Source of the DNA: Candidatus Cloacimonadota bacterium
GTDB lineage: Bacteria; Muiribacteriota; UBA6191
Assembly: GCA_023954715.1 (NCBI GenBank)
Contig: JAGSHD010000001.1
Location: 492,468-556,467 of the forward strand
Length of the DNA stretch: 64,000 nucleotides
Reading direction: 5' to 3'
This document shows positions 59,219 through 64,000 of this stretch, piece by piece. How positions within the stretch are numbered: the stretch's first letter is position 1; each line of letters opens with the position of its first letter. The translations under genes and the position numbers were made by a program. The notes beneath the pieces were generated by a model that did no database searches, had not been told where the DNA came from, and was given only the letters and a program-made list of their open reading frames with translations.

Positions 59219-60565
59219 TTATGTAAATAAAATCTTAAACTTCCACATCAAAAAGTCAATAAACCCCTCTTCACTTAAATGAAACTTTTCTTCACGATTT
59301 GAATTGGAAGCCCAAGACCACATTTTATCATGTTTCCATTCGCAGGATGGTCTGTAAATAACTTTTTTACCTAGATGTATCTCTTTAAATTCAGAGTTTC
59401 TTTTTATAACTTCTTCATGCTGATCTACAAATGTAATTTCTATCTTACCTAAATCTTGATAAACCCCCAAAAAAGCTTCGAGGATCTTATAAAATTCTTG
59501 ATCTCTTTCTGAGCTTTTTTCAAAGATCACCTTGAATTTGAACTTATATCGATCATGAACTTTATCAGAAAACTCTATCAAAAAGGATAAAATTGCAAAA
59601 AAGAAAAATGGATAGATGCTGCACTCATTTTGATTAGGCCATACGGATTGGGAGTAAACAAACAAATGAACCTCTTGCCAGCACTCCTCTAATTGATTGG
59701 TATCTCTCTCATAGTATAGCAGTTCATTTTCAATGTATTTTACATCGAACAAATTCACTTCAGATTCTACTTCTGCGTAAACTAACTCCGAGGATAATAA
59801 ACTTTCAAAGCTACCTTTATTTGTGATTCCTGTGATTCCACCTAAAGGATACTCTCCGATATTTTTCTTTTGCTCTGTATAAGTTGGCTCTATCTCCATT
59901 CTAATTTTTTTTAAAATGGAAACACAACGTTCATAAAAATATCGTTTGGACTCATGACATTTTTTGATACCAAAACGATCAGAATCATTAGCTATATCAA
60001 TAACATGTCTTAGTTCCCATAAATCTTCTCCATTAAAATCTACACAAGCCTCTTCGTAGGCTTGTATCCAAGAGTTTGGATCAAAATAAGGGTGCCACTC
60101 TTGAGTTTCATTCAATTGAGTAAAAATGTCGTCATCTTCTAGCTTATTAATCAGATCTTTTATATACGACGGTTTGACTTCTATATAATTTTCTGGGGTT
60201 TTTAATCTAGAATAAAAAACCTCAATAAATAATTCATAGAACAAAAAGAAGTCATCGCCTTTAAAAAATAAAGAGATTTCTCTACTATCTTTCATAGCTT
60301 GACTAAATTTTACCTTATCCAACCATTGGTTGCGATATTGATCATCCCAATCAAACAAAACTCTCTCAAAGTTGTGAGACTTCGAATCTCTTAGTATTGC
60401 ATATAAATCAAACAAAATACCAGGTAACGGGAGCTGTAGTCCTTTATATAGCATTTTCAAATAGGAATCTAAAAATTGCTTTGTATACTGATCTAGCGCA
60501 AAAAAGCTGTTTCTTAAACTAGATAATACTAAAAACTCTGTTTGAACTTTATTTAACATTGACAT
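59219..60565 (-). CDS. Hypothetical protein (448 aa), downstream partner of AAA_5 ATPase
   Basis: No recognisable domain. Weak candidate D…E-x-K-like residues near the C-terminus (FVDQHEEV…EFKEI). Lies 45 nt after the ATPase gene. Confidence 0.55.
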   Translation of the reverse strand: MSMLNKVQTEFLVLSSLRNSFFALDQYTKQFLDSYLKMLYKGLQLPLPGILFDLYAILRDSKSHNFERVLFDWDDQYRNQWLDKVKFSQAMKDSREISLFFKGDDFFLFYELFIEVFYSRLKTPENYIEVKPSYIKDLINKLEDDDIFTQLNETQEWHPYFDPNSWIQAYEEACVDFNGEDLWELRHVIDIANDSDRFGIKKCHESKRYFYERCVSILKKIRMEIEPTYTEQKKNIGEYPLGGITGITNKGSFESLLSSELVYAEVESEVNLFDVKYIENELLYYERDTNQLEECWQEVHLFVYSQSVWPNQNECSIYPFFFFAILSFLIEFSDKVHDRYKFKFKVIFEKSSERDQEFYKILEAFLGVYQDLGKIEITFVDQHEEVIKRNSEFKEIHLGKKVIYRPSCEWKHDKMWSWASNSNREEKFHLSEEGFIDFLMWKFKILFT

Positions 60566-60610
60566 AATTTTATGGTTCTATTTTAGATTTATGATCTAAG
60601 GTATGTAGCA

Positions 60611-61582
60611 TTATAAGATATTTTGGATCTTTTCTTTTAAAAACTCGATTTCATCTAATTGATTACCTAAATGCTTGAGTAAAATAAAATCTTCTTTTTC
60701 TACTCCACCACCACGCTTAAACAAAGCATGACATCGAATCAAACGATATAGCTTAATGATTTTTCTATCTGAAATCTCTATTTCAAAGTCATGAATTATA
60801 GTTTTTAAGATTCGCTTAAACTCCATATATAGGTTTTTTCCAAAATACAAATCTTCACCAGTTTCTCCTACTGTCATAAGAGATTTTTGAATATGCTGAT
60901 GTAAAAACTCGAAATCATCTAAAGAAAAAACTGTATCAGAAAACTGCTGTTGATTAAAATACTTTCTAGTATCGTTTTCTAAACCTTTGAAAAGTAAATC
61001 ATCCCACTTATCTTCAGTAACTTTTGAAACCTTTAACTTCAATGTGAAACGATCTTTTAAGGCATCTAACTCTGTATGAGTGGGAATCTCATTGGTTGCT
61101 CCAAATAAAACCTTTAGTGGGACAGGATGTGGTTTTCCATCTTGATAAAACTTTCTTTCATTTATGATGGTCAGTAAGGTATTTAAAATAGCTGAATTCG
61201 ATTTGAAAACCTCATCTAAAAATACCAATTTGGCGGTGGGTAGCTTACCCTCTACACGACGATGAAACTCTCCTACCTTTAATCTTTTTAAATCTAAAGG
61301 CCCAATGATCTCTGAGGGTTCAGTAAATTTTGTAAGCATGTATTCAAAATAGTCTTCTTCACTGATGTCTAACAACTTTTTAAACTGACCAATCAATGCA
61401 GACTTACCTGTACCTGGGGTTCCGATAAACAAAATTGGCTCTTGTGCAATTGCTGCTACAATCATCATATCAATCTCTTGTTCTCTTGCAACAAAAGAAG
61501 AGTTTAATCTTGTTTTAAACTCTTGTAATCGCTTTAACACTTCTTCTAAATCCGGCGCCTGATGCTCTTGAAATATATTCAT
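60611..61582 (-). CDS. AAA_5-family ATPase (MoxR/McrB-like)
   Basis: Walker A is ILFIGTPGTGKS. Walker B/sensor is LVFLDEVFKSNSAILNTLLTIINER. GATNEIP…LDALKDRF parallels the MoxR (ATQNP…LDRF) and McrB (GTMNTAD…RRRF) C-terminal motifs. Confidence 0.8.
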   Translation of the reverse strand: MNIFQEHQAPDLEEVLKRLQEFKTRLNSSFVAREQEIDMMIVAAIAQEPILFIGTPGTGKSALIGQFKKLLDISEEDYFEYMLTKFTEPSEIIGPLDLKRLKVGEFHRRVEGKLPTAKLVFLDEVFKSNSAILNTLLTIINERKFYQDGKPHPVPLKVLFGATNEIPTHTELDALKDRFTLKLKVSKVTEDKWDDLLFKGLENDTRKYFNQQQFSDTVFSLDDFEFLHQHIQKSLMTVGETGEDLYFGKNLYMEFKRILKTIIHDFEIEISDRKIIKLYRLIRCHALFKRGGGVEKEDFILLKHLGNQLDEIEFLKEKIQNIL

Positions 61583-64000
61583 TCAGACAACCTCCCATTT
61601 TCTTAGTATTTTAAATAAGTTATTTTTAATTGTATGCTCAAACTCTATAAAATAGTTTTTAAGCGGAATAGACATATCTTCATCTTGTTCAAACATGTGT
61701 ATGAGAAACTCTAAGGTAGCTATCTTAGACAGTGAAAAATGTGTATTTGTTGAATAGTGATCTTTCACTTTAGAAAACTTTCTTACAAATGCATTACCAA
61801 CCCATTTTTTTAATCCTAAACTACAGCTAAAAACTTTATCCATAATTAAACAAAATAGTTCGTAAGACTCTATTTTTTCTAACTTTTGTGAGAAATACAA
61901 TTTTAGCACTGGTTTTAAGTTATCTTTTGATTTAGAAGGCATTAACAAATCATCGTAAATTACAGCAAGCAAAACCCTTACTTTAGCTGAATGAGCATCA
62001 TCACTTAGCTGTTTTTCAAATTTCTCTAATAAGTTTAACAGTTGAGCTGTTTCAAGTCTTTTGGATAATTGATCAAAAATCGGGAGCAATAAGGTATATA
62101 TAATCTTTGATTTATTAGAATCAATAGATACGAGTAAAGCTTCAAAGTCTTCAAATAAACTTTGTAACATTTCATCATTTTCATAAAAACAAGCGATGGA
62201 CAAAAGTCGAGCCAATACACTGCCCTTATGATCATTAGCCACAAGAGTAGGATAGGCCGAGTAAATATCATCAAACACCTTTAAACAAAAGTCTTGGCCT
62301 AATTTAGGTAAAAGATCTAATATGGTTACATAGGCTAGTTTTTTCTTGTAAGATAATCGATCTACTGGAGTTTTTTTATCTACTTCTAATTGTGATAAAA
62401 CAGTAGGTATAGCCTGCAATAGATCTTCTGGAGACCTTTGCGATAAACCAATATATTCATGATACATTTCATTGGTAGCGATGGAAACATCTGGTTCAAC
62501 AATCCTAGATAACTCTATTAATCTTTGAGCTTTATATTTTTCAGTCGAACTTAACTGATCTCTAATTTCGTTGATCTTTTCATCTATTTTCTGATTATCA
62601 ACAGAGTAGAGCTCTTTATCTATTTCTTTTTTATAATATAAATAAAACAGTGCATGTATAGAGTCATTTGTGTAGGCCACCAAATTTTTACTTTGACTTA
62701 AGTTTTTTGAGGCTCCATCTGTATTTTTACTTTTTGCAAAGCCCATGGAGAAAATTAGATGATAAAAAATCTTGTTTTGTACTACATCCATTGTTTCATC
62801 TGAAAAATATCCCACCAAGCTATCAAAAAAGTCGTTGACAGTCTCCTCGCTAGTACCCTGCTCCGTATCGAATTTATATTCTTCTATAAATTTTGGTAAG
62901 CTAGCTAACTCATGTATATTAGCGTCAAATAGCTTCGCTAAAAACTCATCCTTTACTTTTAGCATTAAATAAGAGTCCAAGCCAAAGGACTTATGAAACA
63001 AGCTTCCTAAATTAATTAAACGAATCAATCCCATGGAAGAAATACGAGATTCAAACTCCAATAAAAACTCCGTTTGAACAAAACGGGCTGTATCACTAGA
63101 TAAGTTGGCAAAGTCATTTGTTAACAAGTATCCATAATATTCAAAATTTTCATTAGACATAGCTTCTAAATTTATATTTACCAAATCATCCACTTTAAGA
63201 TTATGGTCCATATCTTTTAAAATTAAGCTAGCAATACTTCCTAGACATAGTTTGTAGTTTTCACTACTCAATGAGTAATATAAAACAATTTCATACAATT
63301 TATAACTTTCATTAAAGTTAGATAGTTTTGCTTCTAATCCCGCTAACTCAAACCAGTTTTTTAACTGTATCTCTTTTGGAGAATTCATTAATTGTTCACG
63401 AATCTCTAAAATACGTTTTTCAATGGCATCTCGTTCAAGGTCCTTTTCTGAGTCATCCATAGACTCCATAATATTTTCTAGATCAATCTCTTGATCATCT
63501 TCTGCATCAACAGTATCAAATTGAATCAAGTTTTCTTCTTGGAAAAATTGTCCTGGATCATCGGGATTAAAATCATATACTCCGATCCGATAGTCATCCA
63601 ATCGAATATTGGACATAAACCGCTCGATGACAGTAGAGTTTTCAGCGAGAACATAATGAACAATCGAATCCAACTCCTTAAAGTCCTGTTCTGACAAAAA
63701 GACTTTTGTACAACTGTCTTCTTTATTCCATAAAATTATGGTTTCTCCATACGTAATTGGAAAAAGACGATCAAATTCACTCCTAGGAAGACTAGGGAAT
63801 AACTTATCATCTATGGGACAATACATAGAGTAATCTTCATACGGCAAGTAATATGCAAAGTCACTAGCTAAAAAACTCGAGCTCTTGTTAGACTCCCAAT
63901 GTTTCAATTTTACAAAAAATCCTTCTATAGGAGTCTGGGCTGCTAGAATTGTAAAGCTTCTACGCTCTTCTGGAGACATCTCAGTAATCCATTTTTCTAA
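61583..64000 (-). CDS. Large hypothetical protein (≥798 aa), 5' partial at window edge
   Basis: The ORF is open to the window end; the upstream in-frame sequence LEKWITE- contains no stop. It is directly abutted by the AAA_5 ATPase gene (1 nt gap). Acidic region near residues 140-180. No recognised domain. Confidence 0.55.
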   Translation of the reverse strand, partial: LEKWITEMSPEERRSFTILAAQTPIEGFFVKLKHWESNKSSSFLASDFAYYLPYEDYSMYCPIDDKLFPSLPRSEFDRLFPITYGETIILWNKEDSCTKVFLSEQDFKELDSIVHYVLAENSTVIERFMSNIRLDDYRIGVYDFNPDDPGQFFQEENLIQFDTVDAEDDQEIDLENIMESMDDSEKDLERDAIEKRILEIREQLMNSPKEIQLKNWFELAGLEAKLSNFNESYKLYEIVLYYSLSSENYKLCLGSIASLILKDMDHNLKVDDLVNINLEAMSNENFEYYGYLLTNDFANLSSDTARFVQTEFLLEFESRISSMGLIRLINLGSLFHKSFGLDSYLMLKVKDEFLAKLFDANIHELASLPKFIEEYKFDTEQGTSEETVNDFFDSLVGYFSDETMDVVQNKIFYHLIFSMGFAKSKNTDGASKNLSQSKNLVAYTNDSIHALFYLYYKKEIDKELYSVDNQKIDEKINEIRDQLSSTEKYKAQRLIELSRIVEPDVSIATNEMYHEYIGLSQRSPEDLLQAIPTVLSQLEVDKKTPVDRLSYKKKLAYVTILDLLPKLGQDFCLKVFDDIYSAYPTLVANDHKGSVLARLLSIACFYENDEMLQSLFEDFEALLVSIDSNKSKIIYTLLLPIFDQLSKRLETAQLLNLLEKFEKQLSDDAHSAKVRVLLAVIYDDLLMPSKSKDNLKPVLKLYFSQKLEKIESYELFCLIMDKVFSCSLGLKKWVGNAFVRKFSKVKDHYSTNTHFSLSKIATLEFLIHMFEQDEDMSIPLKNYFIEFEHTIKNNLFKILRKWEVV

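Overview
This 64 kb window is a low-GC (roughly mid-30s % by eye) bacterial chromosomal segment. It is densely packed with about 60 genes on both strands. The overall flavour suggests a Bdellovibrio-and-like deltaproteobacterial lineage (my inference from many TPR and secreted hypothetical proteins, a pseudopilin cluster and a roughly 750 aa aconitase); I cannot verify this without a database search. Recognisable core genes are a 5'-truncated sugar ABC substrate-binding protein, hfq, a diheme cytochrome c, a UbiD-family decarboxylase, LMW-PTP, SDR, aconitase, hisC, glgP, map, hemC-hemD-hemB with a heptose kinase, tRNA-Val(GAC), cysS, leuS, TPMT and a TrmH-family methyltransferase. Signalling genes are a 1029 aa hybrid sensor kinase with Hpt, a degenerate-GGDEF/EAL protein, and a CheX-LOG-REC-REC operon plus a further stand-alone receiver. 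No rRNA, CRISPR array, transposase or obvious prophage was seen. Candidate uncharacterised modules: (i) an AAA_16/STAND-like NTPase-TPR protein translationally linked to a two-domain M16 (HxxEH) zinc peptidase; (ii) a three-gene operon built around a MoxR/McrB-like AAA_5 ATPase flanked by 798+ aa and 448 aa proteins with no recognisable domains; (iii) a pseudopilin cluster headed by a FecR-domain lipoprotein and ending in a 668 aa acidic protein with a pilin-like N-terminus; (iv) a degenerate Fe/Mn-SOD-fold protein translationally coupled to hisC; (v) a LOG-family protein embedded in a chemotaxis-like REC/CheX operon. All domain calls come from motif recognition by eye and need HMM or BLAST confirmation.
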